UHGV virus genome: UHGV-0182465
DNA from: a virus
DNA: 57,564 bases
Reading direction: 5' to 3' (one strand)
Part shown: piece by piece, positions 18,016 through 31,900 of the stretch
How the letters are laid out: every line of letters begins with the position of its first letter
Numbering within the stretch: the stretch's first letter is position 1
Program-made: the position numbers and the translations under genes
Notes under the pieces: model-generated
What the model was told of the DNA's origin: nothing
The model's database searches: none
Seen by the model: only the letters and a program-made list of their open reading frames with translations

Positions 18016-18400
18016 AGAAAGCCTATTAAAAATCGCTAAGAACCGATATCACTACAACCCACGAAATAACAAGATAAAACTGCCCTGCATTACAAATTTA
18101 TAACATGGGTGTAAAAATTACAAGATTGCACTTCAATTAATTATAAACGTGTCAATAATAATATTTAGCATCCATTTCCCTGAATCTATCTTTATGATTT
18201 CTATCTGATGGAAAGTATTACTTTAGTTTTAAATCCTTAAACATGAAAACCCAACAGGATTTAGCACTATTGCATTATTAATTTTGGTAGGTTATTAAAA
18301 AACGACACAACATCTGACCAGTAGAACTTTACTTGAACTTACTTATCGTTTACTGCAAATTATTCTGTGATGTACACAGCAATTAATGTCGTTTCAGTTG

Positions 18401-18430
18401 CCCCCGGCAAGTGCCTCCGGGGGATTTTTT
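18401..18430 (+). terminator. Orphan plus-strand rho-independent terminator between the c-di-GMP cassette and the tail-fibre gene
   Basis: CCCCCGG-caagtgcct-CCGGGGG followed by ATTTTTT. No plus-strand ORF of at least 60 aa lies upstream within 400 bp. Confidence 0.45.
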
Positions 18431-18437
18431 ATGCTCC

Positions 18438-19862
18438 TCAACTTTCTAGGTCGTCAACTCGCCTAATCAAATCCTGTACCACGGTCACCAAATCGGCGAT
18501 GATGGCCGTGTAATCCACATTCATCACCCTGAATTTTTCGCCATCAATCTCCTGCTCGATGCCGGGGAAGGTATACAGGTCATCAACTTTCTCAGCTTGC
18601 TGGGCTATAAACCCACGCCTCCTGCGTGTTTCGCCCTTCATATTGAACTCGCATACCCCCAGCGAGTTAATGCGCCTGGAGGCACCTTCCTGAGATTCCG
18701 TAAAATCCTCTTTCAGCCGCACGTCTGAGCCGGTAGTCAGGACGTCCCCTTTGCCAGTGGAAATGGTGCCGCCAGCACGGAATATCCATGCGTCAGTACG
18801 TCCGAACCCATCCGCGTACAGCACAAGCCGGTGCTCAGTCCCGACCTGCTCTTCCATGTACATCTGTACGTAAGCCCCGTCCACGTCACCATAGGCCCCG
18901 CGCCCGGCCATCAATGAGCGTACCGGATTGGAGGTCAGTTGCGTTCCGATGGCTGGGTTTGCTGGCATGGTCGATGATGCTGTGATCCTCCCGTCCGTTA
19001 CCCAAAAACTTTGTACCTGCGCGTTCAGGCGGTTCTGCCTGTCGTGGATAAGGCGAGCGGTATAATCCGCACTGCTGCCGTTGTAGTGGAAGTCAATGTA
19101 AGGCGTGCTCATTGACAGCTCGATCGCCTGCGTCAGAACCTTCCCCTTTGACGTGTTATCGATGTTGCCGCCAGCTGATAACCCACCGGGCAAAGTCGTC
19201 TGGTTATCGGTCCCAATAACGAGGATGTCATCAAAGGTATCTGACGGTGACACAGTGGTCGCTCTTGAACGCTGAACCCTGAACGGTGTTCCCGAGCCAA
19301 CGGCAATTGTCCCGCCTTGCCCCTTTTTTTTGAGCAGAGCCAGATCTGAGTTCTTACCGAGAATAAAACCGGCATTATCGCTGGTTATAACCTGCGAGCC
19401 GTCGAGTTTGTTTCCTCCGGTGAGTTTTGCCAGCGCGTTAAGATCCGATGCCTTCGCCATCCCGCCTATCGCCGGCACGGTCACCTGCTTTCCGGTGATC
19501 GGGTCAGTCAGGGTGATATTGCCACTGCCGGTCAGGGCCATCGACCAGCCCTCCACCACACTACGCCAGAATGCAAATGCGCTGGCCAGCTGGTTAGCAA
19601 ACGACGAGGTACTGGCGGTTTCAGCGGTTATAATGCCGTAACTGGCGCCGGAAAATGCGGTGGTGATATGCCGGGTCAGCGTCAGCTGCGTGTCACTGTC
19701 CACGGATTTGATCGCATACAGGTCAGCACTACCGCTGCGGTAGACCACCAGAATCGACCCGGGCAGTATCCCCAGCGCCACCTGTGACCATTTTGTTGTC
19801 GCACCTGTAACCCGTGCCTGCGACGCTGCACCCGTGACGGTGCCGACTTCATACATCGCCAT
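18438..19862 (-). CDS. Side tail-fibre protein with a C-terminal intramolecular chaperone (peptidase S74-like) domain
   Basis: Gly/Ser/Thr-rich beta-repeat body. The C-terminus GFIAQQAEKV...NVDYTAIIADLVTVVQDLIRRVDDL is typical of the auto-cleaving chaperone domain, and no tfa gene follows. Confidence 0.6.
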   Translation of the reverse strand: MAMYEVGTVTGAASQARVTGATTKWSQVALGILPGSILVVYRSGSADLYAIKSVDSDTQLTLTRHITTAFSGASYGIITAETASTSSFANQLASAFAFWRSVVEGWSMALTGSGNITLTDPITGKQVTVPAIGGMAKASDLNALAKLTGGNKLDGSQVITSDNAGFILGKNSDLALLKKKGQGGTIAVGSGTPFRVQRSRATTVSPSDTFDDILVIGTDNQTTLPGGLSAGGNIDNTSKGKVLTQAIELSMSTPYIDFHYNGSSADYTARLIHDRQNRLNAQVQSFWVTDGRITASSTMPANPAIGTQLTSNPVRSLMAGRGAYGDVDGAYVQMYMEEQVGTEHRLVLYADGFGRTDAWIFRAGGTISTGKGDVLTTGSDVRLKEDFTESQEGASRRINSLGVCEFNMKGETRRRRGFIAQQAEKVDDLYTFPGIEQEIDGEKFRVMNVDYTAIIADLVTVVQDLIRRVDDLES

Positions 19863-19923
19863 AATAAAGTTCCTCCTGTATGATTATCCTTGGAAAAAGA
19901 AAAGGCCCCTGGCGGGGCCTCTG

Positions 19924-22900
19924 TTAGCTAAATGAACTGCTGTCCGTTCGGAAGGCGGTTGCGGTGATGTTCTCGACTGTGCAGGTGTAATCAATCGCGG
20001 CATTTCGACCTGTAGCCTTGATAAAGAAGCCGACATTGTTGTAGTCAGCATCCAGGCGCGCGGCAAACCGCAATTCAAAGGCCGTGGTGCCAGCTGTGAT
20101 ATTACCGGCATCGACGAAGATACGGCGGGTTACCTCCTGCCCACCAATGTTGAACGTAATATCAGAGGTATACCCCAGGCCACTGCCCGTCCCATAGGTC
20201 TGGCACACCAGGGTGCAGGCCAGAACCACTGTCATGCTATACCCCCTGTTCTGATACGCACCGTTCCGCTGTACCGTCTGGTTGCGGCGGAAGGTCAGGC
20301 TGTCGTAACCTTTTGCCACCGCAATGTCACCGATGAACGCATCCGCCTGGACAGTGCCACGGAACACGCCGCTATTCGCTTCGACCCTGCCACGAACGAT
20401 CACGTTATTGAACTGCGAAGAGCCATCCTTGGCGATACGCCAGCCTTGCGACCCGTCAACAAAGTTATTCGAGCGGATCTCGTTGCCAATCTTCGCGTTC
20501 GTGATGGAACCGTCCGCGATTTTGGTTGAGGTCAGGGAACTGTTTTTGATACGTGCAGTATCGATATACAGTTCATTGCCTTCGGCAATCATCACCGGCA
20601 CTGCCGTCGCATTGTTACGGTTAAACAGCGAGAAGCGGTCGGCGTAGAGGATCATGTCGCTCGTTTCACCATTGCTGCCCAGCGTAATCCCCGCGCCAAC
20701 ATTCTTCCCGTTAACCGTCTCAACCTTCATCGACCACAGCGAACTCACCGTACCATTCACATCCGCCACGGTTTTAGCGGTGTTTTGAACGGAAGCGCTG
20801 AGATCCCCGACACTGGATGTCAGGGTCGTCTGCTGCGTTGCCAGCGCCTCCAGTGCCGTTGCATGCGTCTGCTGGGTACTGGTGATACTGGCCACCGATT
20901 TAATCGTGTTGTCCAGCGTCGTCTGGTTTTTGATGTTGGCGGCCGCCTGCGCGTCAATCTGCGACTGAAGCGAGGTATTCAGGCTGGCCTGTGTGCTCTG
21001 GCTGTCGCTCAGCGTTTTCGCCATGTTATCGACGCGGGAGTTGGCGTTATCCACTTTCGTGGCCAGTGCCGTCTGCTGCTGCGCCTGAGCGGTAATTTTC
21101 CCTTCGGCATCCGTTACGCGCGCCGTCAGGCCGCTCACGGCGCTCGCCGTCGCGTCAGAGGCATCCTGTGCCGCTTTCGCATCGGTAACATCCGTGATGA
21201 CCAGATCGTCGATATACAGTGAATAGCCAGGGGTACCGTTGCCGGTGGCGCCACGGGTGGAGATCCAGACCACCGCGCGTGTTCTGCCCGCCCCGTTGTT
21301 ACTGGCGATACCCGTGAATTTCACCCACTTATCGCGCGCGCCCAGAGAGGCTTCGCTGACAGTGACCGCCGCCTGCCACGCATTTTGCCCGGCAGCATTC
21401 TGCGACTGGATACCGACCAGCGTTGTCCACCCGGATGAGGGCGCCTGATCCGCCGGCATCATGGCCCAGAACTCAAACCGGAACTTCGCGTCCTCACGGA
21501 CTGACTGCCAGGTGCCAAGCTGTTTATCACTGTTGCCGCTGTTGTTCTCATCCCGTCTCAACTTCAGGCTCTTACCGCCGGTGAATTTCTGAGACACCAC
21601 CACAACGGCGGTGCCGTTCCCGCCCAGCACCTGGCCATCGCTGTAGCTTTCAAACGTACCGTCAACCCACGGATTAGCTCCCTGAGTGCGGATGGTATTG
21701 ATGGTGCTGGTCAGCGACGTGATGCTCTGCGACTGGCTGGTGATGGTGTTTTCCACCTGGCTTACGCGACCGGTCAGTGAACTCACCGCGGACGTGTCAG
21801 CCTTTTTACCCAGCTCCGTATTCATCGTGGTCAGGCTGTTCTGCAGACTGGTGAGCTGCTGCGACTGCGAATCCAGTTTACCCTCGGCAGACGTCATCCG
21901 GGTGGTCAACCCGGTGACAGCGCTTTGCTCTGCTTTCTGACTGACCGCCGCATTCGTGACGGCCAGATCGCCGCTGAGTTTCGTCAGCTGCTGCGCCTGG
22001 GTGGTGATAGCCCCTTCCGCAGCGGTGACGCGGGTATTCATCTGTGAGATGGCCCCGGCATTAGCAGCGATATCCTTTTCATCCGTAACATCGAGAACAT
22101 GGAAATCATCGAAATACATGGCCCCCGCGCTGAGGAAGGTCGTCAGCTGGAAACTGGCCGTCGTGGTCTTCGTGGCTTTCCAGTCAAACGTTACCAGTTG
22201 CCAGCCAGAACTAAACGGTCCGTAGTTTGAGCCAACCAGCAGGCCAGTGCTGTCAGCCACACGAAACTTCGTGTTACCCGCATCTTTAATCGTGGTCCCC
22301 GGGTCCTGCTTCGCCCATACCCCCATGCGGTAGGTGCGACCCTGGGTGATACTGATTTCCTGTCCGACCAGGTTCGACTGGCCGGCGGACATTTTCAGCG
22401 CCTTGTTACCCGAGTGCGGAACCTGTAAATCGGCCACCGTCGCGGTACTGCTCCAGCCGGTAAAGCCCGCCGCGCCGCGCTCAAAACTGCCGTTGACAAT
22501 GAGGTTGCCCGGCATTTTCCCGCTGGCGTCAATATCCGCTGCTGTCTGGCTCAGGCTGTTACTCAGTTGCGTCAGAGAATCCCCCTGCGCACTGAGTGTT
22601 TTGCCCTGCTCCGTGACCTGGTTCTGCAGGGTGTTCATCGCGCTTGCGTCCGCTTTTTTGTTCACGTTCGCATTCGTCGTGGCCAGATCGCTGCTGAGTT
22701 TAGTCAGCGCGCTGTTGGCCGCCGCGATGTCATTTCCCTGCTGCGTCACCTTGCCCTGCAGCTGCGTCACCGCTGTCGTGTCAGCCTTTTTACTCACCGT
22801 ATCGTTTGTCGACCGGAGGCTGTTCTCCAGCGAGGTGGTCCGCGTGCCGATGCTGCTGAGCGTATCGCCCTGCTGGCTAACCGTGGTGGTCAGTGAATCC

Positions 22901-25900
22901 ACCGCTTTTGCAGTCGCATCTGCGGTTTTCTGCGCACTGTTCGCCGCCGTCACGTTACGCATATGCCAGTCGGCAGCGTACCAGACGGTGCCGAACGGGC
23001 TGCTCTGATTAACCTGCAGGAACGGCCGCAGCAAGCTGGTATCGGATGGCACCGTAAAGCGCCAGGTGGCTCGTTTCCACGCGGTGGTGGTCTTGGTGTT
23101 ACCCCCGGACGCTTTCGCTTCGATGCCACCGGTGGCGGTGGTGGCCCGACCGATATAGAAGTTAAAGTCAGCGCTGCCGGTACCACACGCTACCAGAGCA
23201 GACATTTCGAAAACGTCGCCCGGCGTCACGGCGATGTTGTTAATTTTTGGCACATGGTCTCGCCCGGCCAGCCGGACGGCATACCTGAACGGGCAGTCAG
23301 CCGGCACACCTGCAGCAGTGGTCTCCACCACGTCATAACCCATGCGGTCATACGCCGGATCAAATGACGGGTTTGGGATGTAATCATCCCCGGCAGCATT
23401 CCCGGCGTTCACCGCCGCCGTCAGGCTGACGATGTTGCTGTTGGCTGCCGTGAGGCCTGCCTCGGTTTTCTCCACCCGGCCAGTCAGCGCGTTAAGCGCC
23501 GTCTGATCCGCTTTGGTGTTGACCTTATCGGTGGTGCTGCTCAAATCGCCCTGCAGCTTCGTGATAGCCTGCCCCTGGGAGGTGATTTTGCCTTCCGCAC
23601 TGGTGACCCGGCTGGTGAGATCACTCACCGACTGCGCGCTGGCCTTTTGTGCCACGTTGTTGTTGGTGGTGTTCAGGCTGTTCTGCAGATTCGTGATGCT
23701 CTGAGACTGCGCGGTCAGTTGCCCCTCGGCATTCGTCACCCGACTGGTGAGGCTGTTAATGGCCGATGTGTTCGCGGTAATACCGCTGGCCGCATCATCC
23801 GGACTCGGTGACCAGTCGGTCATCACGGTCCCGGTTTCCAGCTGAGGGCGGCAGAGCCAGACTTCTTTGTCGGCAGACGTCGCGCTTTCCAGACGCGCGG
23901 CAATCAGCCGTTTGGTGCCACTGGTGGCAGGAATAACCCATTTCACCCAGTAACGCGCCCATGCGGTGGTCAGTTTCGTGACCGCCTTGCCGTCACCGGC
24001 CCCGCCTTTAACGCCCTGGCTGGTTTCCGTGGTGGTGGTGTTCGACGGGTTATAGAAATAACTCGCCATCTCCTGCCCGTCATAAGCCCCTTTCGCATAG
24101 AAACTGAATACAAATTCCGTACGCCCGGTAACGTCCAGCGTCTGTTCATCCAGCTGGGTATAACCGGATGCACCTTTCGCCAGCCGGGTGTAGGCCACGC
24201 GGTCGCCCAGATAGGTCTCTGTGGCGTGGCGGCTGCTCCATCCCTCCAGTGTGTTCGCATTGCGGATAAGGTTGGTCCCGCCCACGGCCAGGGAGGAAAA
24301 GTTGTTTTCCAGGTTCGTCAGCGCGCTGCTTTGCGTGGTCAGATCCCTGCCATGCTGTTCAACGGTGTTCTGCAGGCTCTGAAGCGCCGTTGCATCAGCC
24401 TTCTTCGCCACATTGCTGTTGGTCGTGTTCAGGCTGTTCTGCAGGCTGGTCAGGCTGTCTCCCTGCGATCTCAGGCTGCCTTCGGTAGCCGTCACGCGGG
24501 TCGTCAGATTCGTCAGCGCGCTGGCATCGGCCTTGCCGCTGATATCCTTTCCTAGTTGCGTCACATCTGACTGCAGTTTCGTGATCGCGCTGCCCTGAGA
24601 CGTAATATTCTTCCCGTTCTGCGTGACTGACGCGGACAGACTGGAAAGCGCCTGCGCATTCGCATCGGCGGCATCGAGCGCCGCTTTCGCATCGGTCACG
24701 TCAGTGATGATCAGATCATCAATCAGGAAGGCGTCACCCAGGCGAACTTTTGGTGTGTTCGGGATGGAGATCCTCACCATTGCCTGTTTCAGCGCGGTTC
24801 GGTTGTTGGTCAGATAGCCACTGACTTTTGTCCAGTTGTCCACCGACAACTCGGAGACTTTTACGTTCAGGCCAGGCCACGACCAGCCATTGGCAGAATC
24901 CTGGAAGGAAAATCCGAGCACCATATAAACGGTCGGATCGGCGGTCGAGCCAGCCGGCAACTTAACCCACGCCTCCACGTAATAGACCGCGTTATCGCGA
25001 ACCTGCATGCCTGAAAAGATATGGGTATCGTTATTATCCGTCGCGTTCGGGTTGTACTCCGTACTGCGCGTAACACGCAGGCTTTTGGTCCCGCTGTGCG
25101 CAGCTTCACTGGTGATAACGGCGCGGGCATTACTGAGAACATCGCCGACGGCATAGGATTCAAAACTGCCGTCCGGCAGTACGTTGGCTCCCCGTGTCGC
25201 CTGCTGCTTCAGCGATGTATTCAGGCTGGTCAGGCTGTCGGCCTGGCTACGGATATCCTTTTCAGTCTGGGTAACCCGGTTGGTCAGTGAACTGACCGCC
25301 GACGCATCAGCCTTCTTCGCCACATCGCCTTTGACCCCTTCCAGCGCGTTATTCAGCGCCGTGATGGATTGCCCCTGCGATGTCAGGGTGTTCCCCTGGT
25401 TCGTCACCGTCCCGGTCAGAGACGAAACAGCATCGCTGGTCGCCTTAATGTTGGTTTCATCGGTGATATCAAACACCCGGACGGAATCGAGCCAGATTTC
25501 ACCGTTTGTCGGATGAGAATAAAGTTTGAAGTTCTGCCCGTCCGCGCCGGCAGCCGTCAATCCGGTTTCCCAGGTGATGGTTTGCCAGTCAGTGGTCAGC
25601 GTGACTGTTTTATCCTCATACGTACTGTCCGTCTGGCCGATTTTGTTCTGGCGACGGATCAGCAGACTCATCGCGCCGGAAACACCTTTGGCCTTCACCA
25701 CCACCCGGTACTTGCGCTGGCCATTCAGTGGCACCGGCTTGTTGTTGTTGGAGAAAATGCCTGGGCTGGTAGTGGTCGTCCGGTTCAGCCGGACCCCCGC
25801 TTTCCCGTCCCCGAAATCGCCAAAGGTCACACCGGCTGGATACTGAATATCCCAGGCAGTGCTGCCCTGCAGAAAATCAAAGTTCGGGATCAGGTTGTCG

Positions 25901-28900
25901 CCGGCGTTGCGGGTGGCCGTCAGCACATTCGCCAGATTTGTCAGCTGCTGGCTCTGTGTGGTCAGTTTCCCTTCCGCCTCTGTCACCCGGTTATCGACCG
26001 AAGTCAGTGCCGTTGCATCGGCCTTCTTCGACACATTGCTGTTGGTCGTGTTCAGGCTGTTCTGCAGGTTCGTCAGCTGCTGGCTTTGTGAGGTGATGGC
26101 CCCTTCCGCTGTGCTGACCCGGCTCGTCAGTCCGGTCACGGCGCCGGCGGTGGCATCGATGTCCACCCGGTCGGTAACGTCAGTGACGTAAAAGTCATCG
26201 AAGTAGCGGCTGCCGCTAATCAGATAGTTACTCAGCGTCACCGGCAGGCTGGCTGTCTCCGTCGCTTTCCAGCGACCGGAAATCAGGGTCCAGTTTGTCC
26301 CCACCTTACCGCTGTTGTATGGACGCTCAAAAACCGGCTGGCCGGCAGAGTTGCCGATCCGCAGCTTGTTGTTCCCCGCGCCATTATCCGTCGTCGCTCC
26401 GGGTTCCTTGACCCACACCCCGATTTCATAGGTTCGCCCCTGAACAAACGGGATGTATTGCCCCGGAGTCACATTCCCCGGATCAACCTTCAGCGCCCGC
26501 GTCCCGCTATGAGGAACGGAAACCTCCACCACACTGGTCGCGGTTGACCGCCCGGTGTAACCATCCAGCCCGCGTTCAAACGAGGGATTCACGACTAGGT
26601 TACCCGGTATCTGCCCGCTGGCATCGATATCTGCCGCGACCTGCGAGAGGCTGTTCGACAGGTTCGTCAGCGAATTGCTCTGGCTCTCCAGCGTTTTGCC
26701 CTGCTGCGTCACTTTCGTGTCGAGCGTGGCCAGCGCAGTCGCATCGGCTTTCTGCGCCAGCGCTTTATCGGTATTAGCCAGATTTCCGGTCAGTTTCGTG
26801 ATGGCGCTGTTCGCAGCAGTCAGGTCGTTGCCCAGCTGTGTAACGGTATTGGTCAAATCCTGCACCGCTGTCGCATCAGCCTTTTTGGCCACTGCGGCAT
26901 TGGTGGTTGCCAGCCCGTTTTCCAGCTGAGTTGTCCGGTTGCCGGTCGAGGTCAGCAGATTACCCTGTTGCGTCACGGTGGTGGTCAGGGAGTCAACCGC
27001 CGCCGCCGTGGCATCCGCAGTATCCTGAACCTTTTGCGCCGCTGTCACATTTCGCATATGCCAGTCCGTAACGAACCATACGGTGCCATACGGGCTGTTC
27101 TGCGAGATCTGCAGGAACGGGCGGATATAACCCCTGTCCACCATCGCCTGCGTGACCTTGAAGCGCCAGGTGGTTCTCTGCCAGGTCGCGGAGGGGGATT
27201 TCCCGCCCCCCGCCATGAGTGGCGCACCGGTGCTCGTATCTGGCCGAACGGCGGTGCCAACATACAGATTAAAATTCGCCGTGCCGGCGCCGCAGGCAAC
27301 CAGTGCGCTGATCTCAATCACATCGTTAAGCGTGGCCGGGAACGCGGCAAAGTTAGGATGGTGATCCCGGCTGGCAATTCGGGCCGCATAACCATACGGG
27401 CAGCCCGGCGGGACCTCCTCAGCCGTCGTGGCTACCACGCTGAACCCCATCTGGTCATACGCCGGGTCAAACGTCGGGTTGGGAATTAAATCCCCGCCTG
27501 ATGCGTTTCCGGCCCGTACAGCGGATTTCAGCGAGGTAATGTTGGCGTTAGCCGCCGTCAGCCCGGACTCCGTCTTCTCCACTCGTCCGGTTAGCGAGTT
27601 CATCGCCGTCTGATCCGCTTTGCTGGCCACGTTCGCGTCTGTCTGCGTCAGCGCATTCCGGAGCTGGGTGATGTTCTGCGAATTGCTGACCACATCGTTG
27701 CCAATCTGGCTGACATTCGAGCTGAGCACGCCGGCTGCGTTTGCCAGCGCGGAAACCCCGAGACCGGAGTACATCTCAGCAACCTTGTCTGACAGCTTCA
27801 GACCCAGGTTGATATACGCCTGGCCGGTCCACTGATTCACCAGAAACTCAACGGTGTTCCAGCCGGCTTTCAGTTCAAAACTGACGGTATTCCAGCTGGC
27901 GTTACCCCAGGCGACCTGCACCCCATTCACAAATATGGCGCCGGTATCATCAAAAACCCTGGCGCCGGGCGCCAGTGTGATGGTGGTATCTGCGGCCACT
28001 TTCACCTGGCAGGAATACAGCGCGATCAGATAGCTGCCGGCGGATGTAAAGTCCAGTTTGGCCGCGTCGGCCACCTCATCCACGACCGTTGGCGCCACGG
28101 CGCGAACATCGCTGAATGACGGGACTGTCCCGGCGGTAGCCAGCTGCACAGGATAGAGTCGACGGGACCAGCGATTCGGCTGGCCATTGACCAGCTGATT
28201 CGACAGGCTGGTGATGCTGTCAGTATTGCTGCGAATATCCTGGCCGTTTTGCTCTACCTGCTGCGTTAAGGCAGTGACCGCAGCCGCTTCGGCTTTCTTC
28301 GCCAGCGCGGCATTTGTCGTGCCCAAATCGCTCGTCAGTTTCGTGATGGACTGACCCTGGCTGGTTATCCTGTCACCCTGCCGGGTAACAACAGACTGCA
28401 GCCCGCTCAGCGCCTCATTCGTACCAGCCAGGCCCGTTTCCGTCTGGCCAACCCGGTTAGTGAGCGATGTTAACGCGGCGCCCTGCGATGTCAGCGTGGC
28501 GCCCTGTTGCTCAACTTTCTGCGTCAGGGACGTCAGCGCGGCCGCATCGGCTTTTTTCCCGAGGCTGGTTTCCAGTCCACCGATACGGCTCGCCTGCGCG
28601 CTCTGCTCTGTCGTCAGAGAACTCAGTTCACCAGAAACAGCAGCTTTGTTGTCGTTAAACTGCGTCTGCAGGGACTCTCTGGCCTTAACTTCCGCCGAGA
28701 TGGCGGTAACGCGCGCGGTTTTTTCCTGGTACAGCAGCCCGGAGGTGACTTTCTCCAGATCGCTCCCATCATAGGAGCCACGCATCTGCGCCGCCAGCGT
28801 GCTGCGTGCCTGCGCTTCGGCGGTCAGCGCGTTACTCAGCGTACTGCGCACATCCTGCAGAGCCGCCGTACTGGCGCCGGGTGCTGGCCGGCCAACGGCG

Positions 28901-31900
28901 ATCCAGTCGAATTCGATAAAGTTGCTGGCATCCTGCTGGTTCGTCAGGTCCAGGCGAATACGATCAATGTTCCCTGTCCACGGAATATCACGCACCGTCA
29001 GGGTTGCCACCCCATCGGCATATTCCGGCTCAGCAACAATGTATCGCTTCGTGTTATTGAAGTTTTCGCCGGCAGACACCCAGCGGATCTCACCCGCCCA
29101 GACGGGTTTGCCGGTTTTACGAAAGCGCAGCATGATGAAACGGTACGCCGCACCATCGACAGCCAGCCCGCCAGGAGAGGTAATGTACGGATCGGTGGCG
29201 CTGTCCGCCGGGCGTAACCAGCCATCCTGTGACACACCCGGTACGCCGGCGCTGCCGGTCCAGCCCTCGGTCGTCTGATTGTTGAAATGCCAGATAACCT
29301 GCGAATCGAACTGGATATTAGCGCCGGCAGCGAGGCTGGACATTTCCCGCGCCAGATTTTCATCGGCGGTCTTCATCACCTGAGTCAGGCTCTCGATACT
29401 CGCCTCAATCCCCTGCGTTGCCGCCAGCAGTTCATCAGCGGCCTGTGCGGCCTTCGCGTTAACATCGGCGATACGATCCGCGGTCTCCTGCTTCACCGCA
29501 TTGGTCAGCGTGGTGTTGACCTGAGACAGCGACTGCTTCAGGCCATTTTCGGCAGTCTTTATCTGCGCATTCAATGCGGCATCGCCGTCGGCCAGCGTTT
29601 TGCTGACCCTGGCAATCTCCAGGTCGATGGTGGCGTTGATTTCCGCAGCCGTATCAGTGACTGACTGTCTGACCTGGGTGATGCTGTCGGTCAACGACTT
29701 GTTCACAGTTGCGATCTGCTTGTTCGCATCTGCGACGGCGGATTTTGCCTCCTGAACACCTTTGTTTGCCTGAGCCAGACCAGAATCGAGAGCCTCATTG
29801 ACCGAGGTGATCTCATCCGTGATGGTTTTATTCACGGCGGAGATCTTCCCGTCAACATCAGCAGTGATGTTTTTCGCCGATGCATCAATATCCTGGCTGA
29901 CCTGCTTCGCCTGGTCTTCAGCTTCCTTACGCAGAGCTTCAGCGGTCTGCTCCAGTTCCTGCTGCGTATTGCGGATACCTTCCTGCGTTTCGCTAATGGT
30001 GCGCTCAGTTTCCTTCCAGGCTTCGGTCCCTTTAACCGCCTCCGTCAGCTTCTCGTAGTAGTCGTCAAAGTTATCGCTGGCCATCCCCTGGACCCAGTTG
30101 GTCCACGGGCTTTCATTGCCCAGACGATCCACAAGGCGCGCCCGATACCAGAATTCTGCGCCCATACTGAGGCCCATCTGCTGATAGCTTTTCCCCGGAT
30201 AGGCCACGTCTGATAACAGCATCGGCGCACTGCCATCCTGATTTTTGCTGTACTGTAGTTCCGTGCGCAGCGTATCCCCCGAGCCGGTCGGGAATTCCCA
30301 GCTAACCTGGACCCCATGAACCAGCGAACGGGTTGCCAGCGCCAGCGGCGGAAGTGGGGCACCAGACTTACCGGTCAGCTCGGTTTCTTTCGAGATCCCC
30401 CATACGGACGCGATATCCTGCGCGTTAATCGCCCGCACACGAACAACGTAGCGACCGGTATAGATACCATCGACCTCAAACCGCGTATTGCCGGTGCGCG
30501 GCAGGTTAATCCAGTCACCATTGTTCTGACGCCACTGCATTTCATACGCAATCGCATTTTTCACCGGCGACCACGTGGCAACCAGGGTGGTGATGCCAAT
30601 CCCCTGCGACACCCGGTAGAGGCTGGAAATGGTAATGTCGTCCGGTGCCTCCTGTCCCCGTGGGGGAACAACGGTCACAGGACGGTCTTCGATCACCGCG
30701 CCATCATCCACCCGGGGAAACTTGTTCGGGTTATACGGCAGGCCGTTAATAGTGACCGTGCCATCGTTATTGTTCACAACGCGCTTAACCCTGAATTGCT
30801 GAATGGCCAGGTCTGACTGATCCAGAATCCATCCCGCCTCCGCCTGCGGTGCCGGGTTATACTCCTGCTCTACCGTAACAATACGGTCCTGCACACCCTG
30901 AACTTTACGCCCCTGCGACTTTCCGTCCGGCAGGTTAATGATGAGCGTATCCCCGGCTTTTGCCGCGACAGCGCGGTCGAGAGTAATCCTTTTTCCGGAG
31001 ACCGCCGCCACACGACCGCCGTTCTGCCGGCCAGCCATAGGGGCATTGTTGATGCCGATAACTTTGCCGACTCGGGGAATACGCCCCTCCATCCCCGTTT
31101 TAAACTCAACACCATTGTCATCGCGGTTTGTCTCGATGGCGTAGGCGCCGTGGCGCTGCGCCTCGGATTCCCGTGTACAGCCAATGCGGGACAGCTCGAT
31201 AGTGTTAAACCCGAAGCGGTCTGCAACCTCCTGCGAATAGACGCTGGCTTGATCGTCCTGATAGTTATTCTGTGGGTTGCTGTAAGTGACGATGGCCGCG
31301 CTATAGTTGGTCCGCTCGGACGTGCTGGAGAACGTGAAGGAGCCGACAATATTCGATTTGTTGAAAACAAAATCGGGGTCCATCTCACGCGGCATATCGG
31401 CATCAACCGACAGCAGATTATTCGACCAGCTAATCATGCCCCGAAAAATGTTCGCGAGATCCATTAATACGGTCCAGGCGTCAGTCCGCTGGGATATATA
31501 GAGATCGCAGAGATAACGGGCCTCTTTTCCGCCGGCACCATCTGAGACCGGCGCATCGCAATACTGGCCAATCTGATACAGGGTCCATTTATCCACCTGG
31601 TCGGACGAAATACGCTTTCCAAGTCCATAGCGTTTGTTCAGCACCAGATCGTAAAAAATCCAGGCGGGGTTATTCGACCAGGCCCACTTGAAGGTCCCGT
31701 CCCAGCTTCCGCTGTAGGTACGTTCGACAGGGTCATAGTTCGACGGTACGCGAATGACCAGCCCCTTTGCCTTGACCGTCACGGTCGGTGTCCGGCCATC
31801 AAAAAGCGTTGAATCGAACTGAACGAACAACAGCGCGGTGTTCGGATAGCGCAGTTTGGCGTCAACGATTTCCGTTATCGACTCGATACGACTCACGTCC

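Noticed and set aside
20324-31501. Dozens of 60-240-aa plus-strand ORFs inside the giant J gene (e.g. 22334..23008, 25369..26091, 28507..29217)
   Set aside because: They are antisense to a 12.6-kb gene with strong lambda J homology at both ends, in GC-rich repetitive DNA where stop codons are rare. Their Arg/Cys/Leu-rich composition and repetition (LLVVFRLFCR) are by-products of the sense-strand repeats.
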